Assembly (NCBI RefSeq): GCF_009914755.1
Contig: NC_060947.1
DNA from: the human T2T-CHM13v2.0 reference genome, Homo sapiens
Length of the DNA stretch: 64,000 nucleotides
Reading direction: 5' to 3' (one strand)
The position numbers and the translations under genes were made by a program. This document shows positions 28,560 to 43,406 of this stretch, in pieces. Each line of letters begins with the position of its first letter. Within the stretch, counting starts at the first letter, position 1. The notes beneath the pieces were generated by a model. The model saw only the letters and a program-made list of their open reading frames with translations. It was not told where the DNA came from and ran no database searches.

Positions 28560-29400
28560 TTTAGTAGGAGTTGAAGGTGCATTGAGAGGTAAAATAAGAA
28601 ATAAGATTGGAAACGAGACTCAGGGGCAATTGTGGAGAGCCAGGTGAAGGAGTCTGTAGAATATTCTGAAGGGCTTTGAAGTCAAAAAAGGTGTTTGAAG
28701 AGGGGAGTCATATATTATTTTCGTTCACTGACAAATACTTATTGAACACTTTTCATGTGACACACACAGTCTTGGACAATGGATATATACAAGTGAATAA
28801 AGCAGATGAAATCTTTGCTCTCATGGAATTTGCATTGTAGTTACAACCTAAGCTATGTTTTAGGAAGCTTAATTTAAATGGAAATCTGCAAGTTGGATTG
28901 GAGCCACTGGTGGGCAGGAATGAGTGGAGGAGGGTAAAAAATAGTAAGAGTGTGAATGAGAGTGGAGGTAAGGGGCTAGTGAGAAAGGAATGGTCATAAA
29001 GAATTAGGGAGGCAGAATCTACAGACCTTAAAAATGAACTTGAAAGTGAGGCAAGTAAGTGGGAGATTTAGAAATGACTATATGATCTGAACTCTCTGAC
29101 TGAAAAGATGGTACCGGGATGAACAGCAGGATAGGAAATAAGACTTGGTATAAAAAATGGCCTATTTGGGTCATACTGAATTTATGTCATTTGTGAGACA
29201 TTTGAGTAAGAAATGTCCTACATACAGTAAGAAATGTGGGACAGACATTGGAAAGGAATAAAAATGTTCAAATCATTGGATTAAAGGAGATGGAGAAAAG
29301 ACTGTTTCTAGTATAATAACTAACACATAACTGACAGTAACTATTGACTAAATATCAAATGAAGATAATGAGATTAATGAAATCAGAAAAGAATGCATAG
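28560..29400 (-). mobile_element. L2 LINE fragments
   Basis: TTCACTGACAAATACTTATTGAACAC (L2 3' end, reverse) and purine-rich L2 internal sequence. Confidence 0.55.
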
Positions 29401-29413
29401 AATTGATACTGTG

Positions 29414-30407
<994 letters not shown>

Positions 30408-30849
30408 GAAGAAAGAAAGAGGAAGGAATGAGTGCTTAGAGAGACAAGGAGACAATTAGTATAATATATCACCCTGGCAAGTCAAAAGGTGAGACATTTT
30501 TCAGTAGGCTGTAGTGAGCAGTAATAACAAAATATGAGTAGATTTCTAGGGCAATGAGGACTTGATAAAAATATTTGCATTTGGTAGTTATGGTGATTTC
30601 ATAGAGAAGTGTTTCAGTTGGGAGGCAGATGTAGAAACTTGACTTTAAAATGTAAAGGAAAGATGGATGTTTAGGAAGTAGAAATATTTCCACTAATTTC
30701 TATTAGATGAGTGATTTGAAGCTTGCTTTTGGTGATCTTGGGTCTTTCCCTGTAATGCTGAGTCAATGTAGAGTAATGGGTAGGACAGTAGAGTTGGTAG
30801 AAGATCAGAAAGTCAAACTTAGGTTCAAATGCTGACTTTTCTATATATT

Positions 30850-31115
30850 CGGGTTGAGCATCCCAAATCTGAAAATCCAAAATCCAAAAAACTCTAAAAG
30901 CTGAAAATTTTTGAGCGCCGACATGATTCTCAAAGTAAATGCTCATTGGAGTATTTCCAATTTTGAATTTTGGGGTTTGGGATGCTTAACCCATAATTAT
31001 AAAGCAAGTAATCCAAAATCTGAAAAAATCTGAAATCCAAAAAAAGAATCAGAAAAAAATTGATATCCATAACACTTGTGGTCCCAAGTGTTTTGGATAA
31101 GGGATACTCAACCAG
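30850..31115. mobile_element. Tigger4a/MER46-like TcMar MITE nested in a MIR (~30780-31265)
   Basis: TIRs CGGGTTGAGCATCCC / GGGATACTCAACCAG with a following TA; MIR sequence continues on both sides. Confidence 0.8.
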
Positions 31116-32001
31116 TACTTGTGTGTTACCTTAGTAGAAGTTACCCAGCCTCTCAGTTTTTCCTCTGTACTAAATATACGATGGTATTACATCATGCAAG
31201 CAAAGCACTTAGTACACACCTTGGCACATAGTAACTATTTTAAAAAGGTAGCTATTATTATTATTACCCCCCTTAATAATTGAAAAATACATGATGACTT
31301 TAATCCCAGAAAAGTAAACATTTATTGTGACAAGCTTTTAGTTTATATAATTGCCCTCCTAACTGGGAGTAATAAAATTTAGTAGTTATTTTAACAAGTA
31401 GCAATAGATAAATTACTTAACCTCTCCAATTTTATTCTTCTCAAATGAAAATGGAAATAATAGGAGTACCAACATCACAGGTTTTCACTAAGGATCAAAT
31501 TAGAAAATGACAGTAAAGATACTTTGCCAATTATGAAACATAAAATATTTAGTTATTATTCTTTATTAATTAATATAACTTTGATCCATTGACTTTTAAG
31601 AGCATCCTATTAGATTTACATCTTCAGTTTGACTTTTGTTTAATGGTAATTCATAAAATTAATAAGGACCTTTCACTTGAAAGCTTTTTCAAAGTGCTTT
31701 CATATTTATTCCCTTATAAGATCCTCACAAAAGCTCTGCGAGGAATAAAACACAATGGTTATTGGAGGCTAACAAAATTGACTTTTCAGTATGCACAGTG
31801 TCTTCTTACCAATGTGGGCTTTTCTTTTGGTTTATAGATATAAAATTACAAAATCCAATAGTTAATTTACAAAGTTATTCAATTTAGTCATTACTTTGTA
31901 TCATTCTAGATAATTGTTTAATGTAATGGCAACATCCAGAAGTAGGTTTTAAAGGTTTTAATACAATTAACATGTTTACGTATGAATGAGACATGGTTCA
32001 T

Positions 32002-32015
32002 GTTACCATGGTAAC
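32002..32015. promoter_or_regulatory. Canonical palindromic RFX X-box GTTACCATGGTAAC
   Basis: Exact match to the GTTRCCATGGYAAC consensus inside a perfect 20-bp palindrome (31999-32018). Function is untested. Confidence 0.55.
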
Positions 32016-32326
32016 ATGGTCCAAAACGGTACAACACTTAAAATCAAATAGCTAAACTCATATTGCATTAAATTGGGGTGACTGGATGAAAAATGGATTC
32101 TAATTTTCTGCATTCAGTCTTTCTTCCTGCAGGAGATAAAAGACCAGTCCTGAACATTTGTCCCCATTGACTCCCTTTTCTAAACTTTTAATTATTTTCA
32201 TTATTTCATTTCGGATTTTCTCTGAGATCTACAGGAATTCAGGGTCCCAAAATGGAAAATAATAAAGTAACTAAATATAGCAAGAAGACAATCATGTGAG
32301 TCTTGAGTATTCCTGAGCATTATAGT

Positions 32327-32405
32327 CAGAGGTTCTCACTGAACAATAGATTCATGGGTAGAACATGCTACGTTCAATTGAACTGGTATCTATCGAGGGT
32401 AGAGA
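32327..32405. repeat. 79-bp local direct repeat, copy 1 (starts with a hAT-like terminus)
   Basis: Ungapped match to 34108-34186 with 10 mismatches. Confidence 0.9.
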
Positions 32406-32570
32406 CAGTAGTATTGTGAATGAGGATGGGGTTTTTATAGTATCAATATGAGAATAAAAGGAAAAATGAAAATTTCCATGTTTATATAAGAAAAGGAACT
32501 AATTATCTTATTGAAAAGAGTTTTTCATGATCTTGGATACATTATGCAAAGACTTTTACTTTTTCCATGA

Positions 32571-32882
<312 letters not shown>

Positions 32883-34107
32883 TGAATTTTATGCCAAAGC
32901 TTTGCTAATTCTTTGCCTTTTTCACAATTAGTTTATTAAGAGGGTCCCTATAACTGTCTTTTTGAATAACATGGACAATAGTATCACTTAATACCAATTC
33001 TGTACTACAGTAAGTAACATTTTGGTGACATTTAGATATATTTCTGAGTGGACCATGGAGAAATTCAAATAACGACATAAATTTGTGTGTAATATAATTT
33101 ATTTCTATGGCTTCCATGTTGATGTCCTTCAATTTTAAATCTTTAACCCAGATCTTTTTCCAAACCTTAGATTTACATTCACAACTGCTTCAAGAGAGGT
33201 AAGGTTTTCACCTCTGATTTTTCACTTACAGATACCTCAAAATCAAACACGTTCTTGACTTTGCTCCTCACAACTGTTTGCCATCTTGAATTCTGCAACT
33301 CATGATTGAGTGAAGACACTACCTTCAGTCAATCATGCCAAGTGGTAAGCAGGCACTGATTTCTCATTTTACCTCACATTTTCTGCTCACCTCCACCTCC
33401 CACAAAACATATGACAGTGTTGATTTTATCTCCAAATAGCTCACGTATCTGTTTTGTTTGTTCAACCTCACCACTTTGATCATCAATTCTTGCTTGGCTT
33501 ATTACAGAAATAATGTCCTAACTGTTGTCCCTGCATGGGTCTCATATCTTTCCAATTCATTCTCCTAACCACTACCAGAATGATCTTTTAAAAACATGTC
33601 TGATTAGTCCATTTCCTTGCTTAGAACTAGGCTATGACTTAAAGTGATAAAAGTCCAGAGTCTGAAAAATAGGTGGCAAGGGGCAGAGAGAGCCAGCTTA
33701 CACTTACTGAGCCCTTCGAGTCCAATAGTCTGCCTCTCTGGTATGCATTTTACATATATCTTATCATTTAAACCTGATAAAATCCTGTGATGTACTCATT
33801 GTATAGAAGAGTAAAATTGGGACTCAGAGGTCAGACAATAAGCTAGTAAGTGCTAAATAAGGGGTCTTCCTGCTTACAAGGTCCATACTCTAGCTGCTAC
33901 ATCATGCTGTCTTTCCACATAATTTAGCCCCAGTTGATCTAATTTCATTTCTTGTAGCAACCATACCCCAGCCAAGTTCCTTCAGATTCTCACACTACCA
34001 CACTGACTAAGCCTTTGGATATGGTGTTTCCTCTATCACGAATGCTCTTTTCAACCCCATGAACCTAAATAACTCCTAACAATTCTTCTAAGGTGACTTT
34101 CTCTAAA

Positions 34108-34186
34108 CAGAGGTTCTCACTGGACAATAGATTCATGGGTAGGACATGCTATGCTCAATTCAGTTGGTATCTATTGTGGGCAGAGA
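34108..34186. repeat. 79-bp local direct repeat, copy 2
   Basis: Ungapped match to 32327-32405; followed by a MER5-like 3' end to ~34233. Confidence 0.9.
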
Positions 34187-34677
34187 TATTTTTAAAATCT
34201 CCCCCAGTGCATAAGCAAGGTTAAAATCCACCGTTCTAGGTGAGTTTCCTGGCCTCTTTGGAAGGTTTAGCCTAGTCTTCTGTTTTTGCTAGACCCTGTC
34301 CAGCTCTCTACTGTAATTCTCATAATGCTATTATAATTTTGTCTTAGGATGTATGTCTTCACCTCTGGAATGTGAACCTCTCAAAGGCAGAAATAATGTT
34401 AAAATACAGAGGCTTTTGAATATATGTTACAAAGTGATCCAGTATTTCCACACCGACAGACACACACACACACACACACAAATACACACACACACAAACC
34501 ACCGAACCAAAGTTTTACGAACAATATTGAAACTTACTTAAAAGTGATGGACTCCTTATTTCTATTCTATTTTACTAATTTCATTCATTTCTATCTTAAA
34601 AATATGGATTGATACTCATTAAAGTGATTATACAACCCAGTACTTTTACTGAACTGTTTTTGAAAAGCACCTTTCTT

Positions 34678-34870
34678 GGGGCCCTTATGATGGAATTAGT
34701 TCCCTTATAACAAGAGGAAGTGTCATCAGAGCTCTGTCTCTCTTTGCTATGTTAGGACACAGAGAGAAGGAAGCCATCTGCAAACCAGGAAGAGGGGCCC
34801 TCACCAGGCCCTGATCTTGGAATCCCAGCCTCCAGAACTGTGAGAAATAAGATTCTGTTGTATAAGCCTT
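34678..34870 (+). mobile_element. MaLR (MLT1A/MST-like) LTR fragment
   Basis: GGACACAGAGAGAAGG...CAAACCAGGAAGAG...CAGCCTCCAGAACTGTGAGAAATAA. Confidence 0.75.
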
Positions 34871-35002
34871 CTTTCCCTTACCCACCCCCCAAAAAAGAAA
34901 GAAAATCATCTCTCTGAACATGTTTGTATCACCAGACCTAACACCACGACACATGGCAGGTGTTTAGCAAAGATACGCTGAATTAATAAAAGTTCTCAGA
35001 AA

Positions 35003-35007
<5 letters not shown>

Positions 35008-35074
<67 letters not shown>

Positions 35075-35075
35075 G
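35008..35075. repeat. Compound (TA)n(CA)n microsatellite
   Basis: Long perfect TA run directly followed by a CA run. Confidence 0.95.
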
Positions 35076-35414
35076 TGTATATAATTTTTAAATATCCAGA
35101 GCAGAAGGCATTCATCGCCAGGCAAAATAAAAATATCAAAATTCACTTTCACACTCTTTAGACAACAATCAAAATAGAAAGATTAAAAAATACATATAAA
35201 ACTCAATTCAAACTAAAGCAACAGGAAGGAATACACTAAAGGTTTCTTCTCCTTAGAATTAGGGATCCTTAAATTGCCTCTGCATTCTCAGATAGTCCAA
35301 GAAATACGATACTCCAATTTATTCAAGGTACTAATTGTGCTACTAAGATTGCATTCTTTCTTCTTTCTTCAGAATTAATCCGTGCGCCAAAATTTTGGTG
35401 AGAAACTTCTCCAA

Positions 35415-35720
<306 letters not shown>

Positions 35721-38123
35721 AATTTTAATAACATATTAGAAATCAAAGATATCTTAATTCATAGGTGTACTCAGATGTACAATTCAAACTTTATGAAACT
35801 TGTCTCTCTGGAAATGTTTTATTCATCAGAAGACAATTTTTATAATGGGGGGATTGAGAGGAGACGTAGGTAAAACACGAGATTAGGGAAGGGAGTGATT
35901 TGAAAGATATGGCCTGAGACATGACCCAGATCACAGATGAAGGTATCTCATATATTTATTGCTCCTTAGTTTGTCTTGCTGAGAAAAATATGTTAATTAC
36001 ACCACCTTTATGAACATCATAAAGGTCACCACATACCCACACCCCCACATTGTCTTTACAAGCTAATATTACAATGATCTCTCAGGGGTACTTAGAGAAC
36101 CACTTAATATTTGTGAAACTCTTGTGAAATATTCAGAAAGACAGAGTCTTTCCATTTTCAGTTAGTTACCCAGGGTTTTATGGTAGTACTTTGAACCATG
36201 AACAGCTTTGTCAACTCTTCTTAGGCCCAAAGCAGAAAATGTTTTGGATAGAGAAATAATCCGATTCAATTACGAATATAGTTTTTTTATTTAAAGGATA
36301 AATCTGCAATTTAAAAATCCTGAAACTTTCACCCCTAAAGGCTTTGTATGGCGTTCTATAAAAATACATTTGCTTAAAAATTCCAGTTAGCATATCAGAA
36401 ATAACAATATTTATAAGAAACACCCCCTTATCCTGAAGTACAAGGACGACGGTAAAGTTCTTGATTTTAGTAAGGAAAGTGAGTTACACCTTTTTATAAT
36501 ACGGGAGGAAATTCTAATGTCTTTCAGAGAAGAATTAATCATGTTAATTCCATTCAGAATGTATATGCTTTATATTACATGTATGTTTAAAGAATCTATG
36601 AATTATGATTATTGCTGAGAGAATAAATATCTTACGAAGTGGCTGATAGACGAAAGTGATAGGTAGTCTAGCAAGAGCTGGAGTCTCCATATATAGAAAA
36701 ACGGATTGACAGTCTTAGAGAAAAACACATTTTGTGAAGGTTTTCACCCTCTCTCTTCATTCACTAGCATTTGTATGAAGTAAATCATCACTACTTTTGG
36801 GGTAGACAGATATATCAAAATCTGTTGGCAGAGCTGTTGCTTTGGCTAGGCATTTCAAATTTCCTTTTTTTTTAATATATGAGAACTATGATTGCTATAC
36901 AGCATGAATCTATGAATACAATGCTACCAGCTTCTTCAAATGAAGTGAAAAAGCATGCCATTTCACTTTTCTCCTACCTACATATTATAGAAAATTCCTT
37001 TTGTTCAAAATAAAAATTCATAGAGGAAAAAAAGCAAACACTTCCATTTAGCTGAAATACTGAAATTGCATGTAATCTCTTAAGGTATGCTGCTTTATTT
37101 ATTTTCAAGCTCGGCATTTCCATTTGTTGCTCTTCAACACCAGTTTCTTGACTCAATTCAATCAGCTGAAATGTGCCATTAACAATAATCAATAGTTTCA
37201 GTAGTTCACCGTTTTACCATGACATCTCCGAGTCTTTCATCAAAAGATCATTATCCAACCATCTAACTAAAAATCAGGAGTTGGCTATAAATGTCATTTC
37301 AATCCATAAAATGTAGTTTAAACCTTGGGCAAGTGGATTTATAGAAAATACAATATTAGCTGCCAGGGAAGAGGGAAACTGTCTCTGTTTTAAAATAATT
37401 TTGGAATCTTAGTTAACCTTATTATAGTTAAGACGCAAATGTTGAGGTTTTCAGAGGCTCTATGGGAGTTTTATCTGGATTTTGAGAATAAATGTAGTTT
37501 ATCACTTTGGGGTTGAGACAGTAAAAAGCCCCTGCCTTATTCCCAAGCTCTCTCTTTTTCTACCTCGGGTACACTGAAAGTTATGTGTAATATGTGCCTT
37601 AGCTCAAAGATGGAAAAGAGTAGCCTGATCGACACTGGACTTTATGTGAGCAACAAATAAACTGTGGTTTGGTTAAGCCACTGGACAAAAACGAATAAAT
37701 ACATTTTCTTGAGTAACATGGGATAAGCTAAGACATTTTCTCAGCATAATTTCCAACTGCTTTTGAAAGAGAGATCAGAAATCTAAACATAAAATATTTA
37801 TTTTCCATGCTTCCATAGTAAATATAGTTAGGACACATGGTGAATCTTCCCTTTAATGATTCAGAAGCTTGCAGTTTCTTGAGATTAGAAATAGAGATAA
37901 ATTTTCATTATATAATACAGCAGATATAAATACAAATTGTATAGTAGAAAATAGACGTATTTTTGCCCTCAACTAGATTTAAAGATATGTTTTATTAAAT
38001 CCCTGACATAAAATAATTTTTTAGTCATTGGGTTATTCTTTATTTTTCAAAGTAATCTGCTAAAAATAGACTAAAATAGACTTAATCAAAGCTTATTATT
38101 TACCTACCATAGCTGATGGGTAA

Positions 38124-38466
<343 letters not shown>

Positions 38467-39835
38467 TAAAATTCTGGAGTAGCTTTATCAGCATTTATAA
38501 TATTTTATAATAAAATTTTATTTATGAAATAGCCTAAGCCAAATATATTACAGTGGTACATTGTCTAACCATACATCGAAGAGTGAGCAAAAAACTCTAC
38601 ATTTGCATTGCCCTTATATTCTATCACAAGCCATGGGAGATATCTATAAAGTCTGATACTGTTCCAAACAAATTACCTCCAAATGATCAAACTAACTCAA
38701 CACGCATTTTGGAGGAGAAAGTGGGGTCAAAGCAGGATGATGAAGCAAGAACGATAAATTCAGGAGCCATACATTGCCACTGTTACGTACTCTATGCAAC
38801 AGAGCAGCAAAGTAGATCAACTATCATATCAAAAAAGAAAAACAGGAGAAGGAGAACGATAGGAGGGAGAGGAGAAGAACTTCTGCTTATTATGATTTGA
38901 TTCTGGAATTATTCAAACTAGAATATACTTTTCATAATAGTTTAAAAATATCATAATAGTTTCATAATAGTTTTTCATAATAGTTTAAAAATATCAAAAA
39001 ATAAAGTTAGTCTAAAAAATCAATCATCTTATTATAATGATTTATATCCAAATTGTATTTGAGAGACTAGTAAAGTTATTATATCAAGTCAGAAAAACCA
39101 ACTATACATAACAAAACTCCATAATAGTTCAGGAAAATTATATCAGGTATTGAGAATAAACTTTAAGAGCCTCCTTGTACTACAGAATATGATTCTCACC
39201 AAGACTTCATTTAAACAAAACTACCCCACGTTCTGTTTTCACTGTTTATGCATATGGAACTTTATGGAAATAATTTTTGTTTCTAGGAAAAACAATTGTC
39301 TGAAAATTGTTTGATCATTAACTACGACAAATTCAGCCATCTCATTCTTATTTTCACAGATCATGTTAGGAAGAAAGCTACAAAATGCCAGATTAACATT
39401 TCAAAACATATTTGAAAGTAATGAAGGGAAACTGATTCAGTTAGCAACGCTAAATAAAACAGACAATTCATACAGATGCTTTCCCTGTAAAATATTAAAT
39501 AAACACTCAAAAATGTCAACTTTTAAAATTTAATAAACCAATCCCTAAGTTATTTCTCTGAGCAAAGTTTCTCCTTGACCGAAGCTCTGGTTTTATATGC
39601 AAATGTTTTCCTGGTCAGAGCATGTACTTTTTCTAAGACGAGGGTGTTAAGTGGAATTATAAATGATGTTTCCTTCTCCCTCTGCCTCTCTCCTCCTTGT
39701 CCAAATACCGAAATACATCAGGCTGTATAAAAGCAACTATTTTGTTTTGTCCCTGGCTTGTCAGTTACAAGTACAAATGCTGAGAATTGTTCAATTGGAT
39801 CCACAAGAGTGCTAAAGCGGAAATGCCTGACTTAC

Positions 39836-40025
39836 TTGCCATTGTTTCATCAGCTCTTTTACTCCCTTGGAGTCTTCTAGGAGCCTTTCCTTACGGGTAG
39901 CATCCTGTAGGACATTGGCAGTTGTTTCAGCTTCTGTAAGCCAGGCAAGAAACTTTTCCAGGTCCAGGGGGAACTGTTGCAGTAATCTATGAGTTTCTTC
40001 CAAAGCAGCCTCTCGCTCACTCACC
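39836..40025 (-). CDS. DMD: Dystrophin internal coding exon 55 (190 bp, spectrin-like rod domain)
   Basis: Translation VSEREAALEETHRLLQQFPLDLEKFLAWLTEAETTANVLQDATRKERLLEDSKGVKELMKQWQ matches human dystrophin as I recall it. On the - strand the acceptor is ...tttggtcctttgcAG|G and the donor is CAA|GTAAGT. Length is 190 nt = 1 nt + 63 codons (phase 2 in, phase 0 out), consistent with exon 55. Confidence 0.97.
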
Positions 40026-40754
40026 CTGCAAAGGACCAAATGTTCAGATGCAATTATTAAATATCAGAATGGTGCACCTAGTGAACTCCATAAAAAGAGA
40101 AAGATGGAGGAACTAAATTGTAATATACCAACAATGGGGTGAGTTGTTGCTACAGCTCTTCCTTTAAGCAACAACTATAATATTGTGCAGTCTATTTACT
40201 TTCATTTTTATTTAACTTAAAGGCGTTTGTATGGGGGAAGGCATGCAAGAATGACAATTACAGATTTCTATAAACCCCTCTCCACAGAGGAGGTTTCATA
40301 TATATATGTGAAATATATATACATATATTTGAACATGTGAAAGTTCAAAGTACCTTTTTTTCAATTTTGTAGTTTTTGTTGGTCAATTTTGAAAGCTTAT
40401 TTTTAATATACTGCCAAATTTGAGACAAACCTTTATAGTTAAAACCCTAAAATCCCTGTACCATGCTTGTCTTTGATGCTGCTCTGAGGCAGAAAACAAG
40501 GATTTGATATGCAAGGAGAAAAGTCAAGAAAATACAAACCTAGAATCAAAAGGAAAAGACTAGAGGAAAAGACAAAAAGAAGGGGATTGGAGGGCAAAGG
40601 AAGAAAGACTTAACAAGTAAAGAAATAACATTTCATAGAAACTATCATTTTGTGCAAACTATCATTTTGCATGACATCAGTTATAATTATTGTGTTAGTT
40701 TCATATTTAACTACTTGATCATACAACTGAGAACATTTTCCAAAATAAAAATGT

Positions 40755-40980
40755 TATGTGTAATGAAAAAGAGTAGAGTTTTAAAAACTAGGCAGATCTG
40801 AGTTCAATTCCCAGTGTTCTTTACCACTTACGTGATATGGCAAGTTCCCTCTCTGATTCTCAGTTTCTCATCTGCAATATCTATTGCTGTGATGAGAATT
40901 AAAATAAAAAATTCCTGTGAAGTTGAGTGCCCCACGTTATACAGTTATACATTACAGTTACTCAAAAACATTAGTTCCTT
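40755..40980 (+). mobile_element. MIR SINE
   Basis: GAGTTCAATTCCCAG...GGCAAGTT...CTCAGTTTCTCATCTGCAA MIR core. Confidence 0.7.
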
Positions 40981-41077
40981 CTACCCATATCCCATTTCCC
41001 CATTCCTGTAATATTTTAAAAAGATGAAACAAACTCTTTCATGACAAAAACTCTAAAAATGTATTCATATTTTTGAT

Positions 41078-41078
41078 C

Positions 41079-41105
<27 letters not shown>
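41078..41105. repeat. (TA)n microsatellite
   Basis: Direct TA run. Confidence 0.9.
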
Positions 41106-41110
<5 letters not shown>

Positions 41111-41918
41111 CATGTATTGTGGATACACACACATATGCCCTCAGCAAATATCTATATAATAATAGCTTAGAAAGGAAAATTGCCTTAGGCAGTAACAGTC
41201 CTATGGAAAAAGATTCAGGTAAACTTTGTCTGCAATGAGGAAATTAGTACTCTATTTAAATGTCTTATTTGCCTTCTATTACTACACAAACACTTTCTGG
41301 GATTAAACATAAGCTAAAAATGGATTTTAAAAAATTGAACACTTGAATATGATACACATTGCTTGTTAAGATGTGATTGTCAATAATTATGCAAAACTGC
41401 AATTTATTTCAGCAGCAACTTTATCATGGGATGTGCAAACCAGGCAATAAACAACTCCTGCCGAGCCAGCGGCAGCAAAGCCCCCGGAAGAGCTGTTTAT
41501 TCATCATGGGTGAGGTTTTTGCTGAGCACACAGTCTTCCACAGTGGAGTTTCAGTGCTCATACTGGATAAAAATCTTCTGTCTGCATTAACTGGTGGAGG
41601 GTAGAATAGGTTTATGAGGATGTAGCTACTGGAAAAAAGGAAGCATTGCACTAAGCTATTTATCAACTCCTAAATAAACTTTAATACTGCACAGCTGAAA
41701 GGTAGTGTAGGGTTCTGGTTGGGCAAATAAATTAAACCTCATGTAGTTCAAGGGCTAACGTGGACTGCCGGCTCCCTGCTTATCTAGTTTTCAGGCAAAC
41801 TATCAATGCAAGGAGAAATATCAAAAGAGTCATTTATCTTTTTATGTATCATGCTTGAAAAATTCAGAACCACTGCAACAACTCCACGAATCTCAATGCT
41901 ACAATTGGGCATACACCT

Positions 41919-41999
41919 TACAGTTTGAACCATGTGTAACTGCTGACAATTGACTGGGTGTGACCTATAAAAGTGGCAGTTTCATGCAGTTTGCATTAA
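41919..41999. mobile_element. MADE2 mariner MITE
   Basis: ~80-bp imperfect inverted element TTGAACCATGTGTAACTGCTGA...TGACCTATAAAAGTGGCAGTTTCATG resembles MADE2. Confidence 0.65.
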
Positions 42000-43200
42000 G
42001 ACTTACTCCATCTCCAGTGCAAAATTTGGAACAGAAATAAGCTGTCACATTCCAGAATATAAATGCAGGGTTAGACATTTGACATATTTTCTAATGTAGT
42101 CCAATTTCAAACAAAATTTAAAAATATGAAATTCTCCCATGGCAGAGTGAAACTTAGAGAATGTAATATTGTGCATTTTATCAGCATCAGCTTCATGATG
42201 AGCTGCGCTTGATGCATCTTAGCTCCTCTATCCTTAAACTAGAAATGCCGCTTACCCTCTGCTTCCAGAGAAAGTAACTAGTAAATAACTTTCCAAGAGT
42301 TATTTGCAAAATGCAATGCACATAAATCAGATGAAAGAGTTCTACCGAGACAATGTGATTTTCAGCCAAATCCTACCAGCAAGTTTGCTGCTTTGTAAAT
42401 TAGGCCCTTAGGGAAGAACAGTAACTCTTTCAGGACAGTAAGAAACCATTTTCCTAAATGATACCCTTGTGGTCTGAAATATTGACAACATCAGGCTGAA
42501 TATTTTCTAATTTGGAAAATACGTTAAAAATTCGATGGCAATAACAGCAGAAAATCTCCTCAAATGAGCTCCTTTACGTGCCTCTTGAATAATAGGTAAG
42601 ACTGTTGTTTCCTGCTTGTGTGGGGGTTTTACGGCTTCAACATTTCTCTCGGAATCTATGTGTGTGTACGTTGAATCCCTAAATTTTAATTGTGCCAGGT
42701 CTAGTCTAGAATGAGTCAAGAATACTTAATTTCCATATCTGTGCATTCAACATGCTCTAAATGTATCATATAGTTTTAAATTTTCCGGAACCATATGGGT
42801 TTAAGTGGCTTATATGATAAGTAAAATGTAAAAATAAGAATCATAAAGAAAAAAAAGATATGTTCAGAAAAAAAACCAAAGGTCTTGAATTAGATTTTTT
42901 TTTAAATTCCTTTGTCCAAGTTATCAAACTACAGGCCCTGGAGAAAATTTGGCTGAATTTTACAAGTAACAATGACCAGATATTAGAAACTGTAATAATG
43001 CTTTGCAAACAGAATCTACTGTATTGGTTAAGTACTTTTTTACATAACAAAGTTTTATAATCAGCTATTCCAGCTTTATGGTGCACAAAAATAGCTGAGA
43101 ATTTGATGGAGTAAGGAATAATGTGATTTCAAAAGGTTTTCATTCTATTCATAAGAGCACTGTGTACCATTCTCAGTATGTAAATAAGGGCAGCATGAAA

Positions 43201-43402
43201 CAGTGTTCTCATAGTCCATGGACCAGCAGCACCAGCAACGTCTGAGAAGTTATTAGAAATGCAAATTCCCAGGCCTCAGCCTAGCTCTACTGAATCAGAG
43301 ACTCTGTGGGTAAAATCCGGCAAGCTGTGTTTTAACAAGCCTTCCAATATATGCTAAAGCTTGAGAATCACAGTTGCCAGGAACCAGATTTGAGAACGAC
43401 TG
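43201..43402. mobile_element. MER5A MITE (two 3'-TIR-like ends)
   Basis: CAGTGTTCTCA...TTAGAAATGCAAATTCCCAGGCC...CTACTGAATCAGAGACTCTG...TTGAGAATCACAG...TTTGAGAACGACTG. Confidence 0.8.
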
Positions 43403-43406
43403 GCAT

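Noticed and set aside
38060-38069. MEF2 consensus CTAAAAATAG
   Set aside because: A single AT-rich 10-mer is expected by chance at this base composition, and there is no clear E-box cluster nearby.
38929-38996. CRISPR-like repeat array
   Set aside because: Eukaryotic intron, repeats only 12 bp, no unique regular spacers and no cas genes.
39812-40039. 75-aa ORF as a stand-alone gene
   Set aside because: It is exon 55 plus a few intronic codons on each side; the true boundaries are the splice sites at 40025 and 39836.
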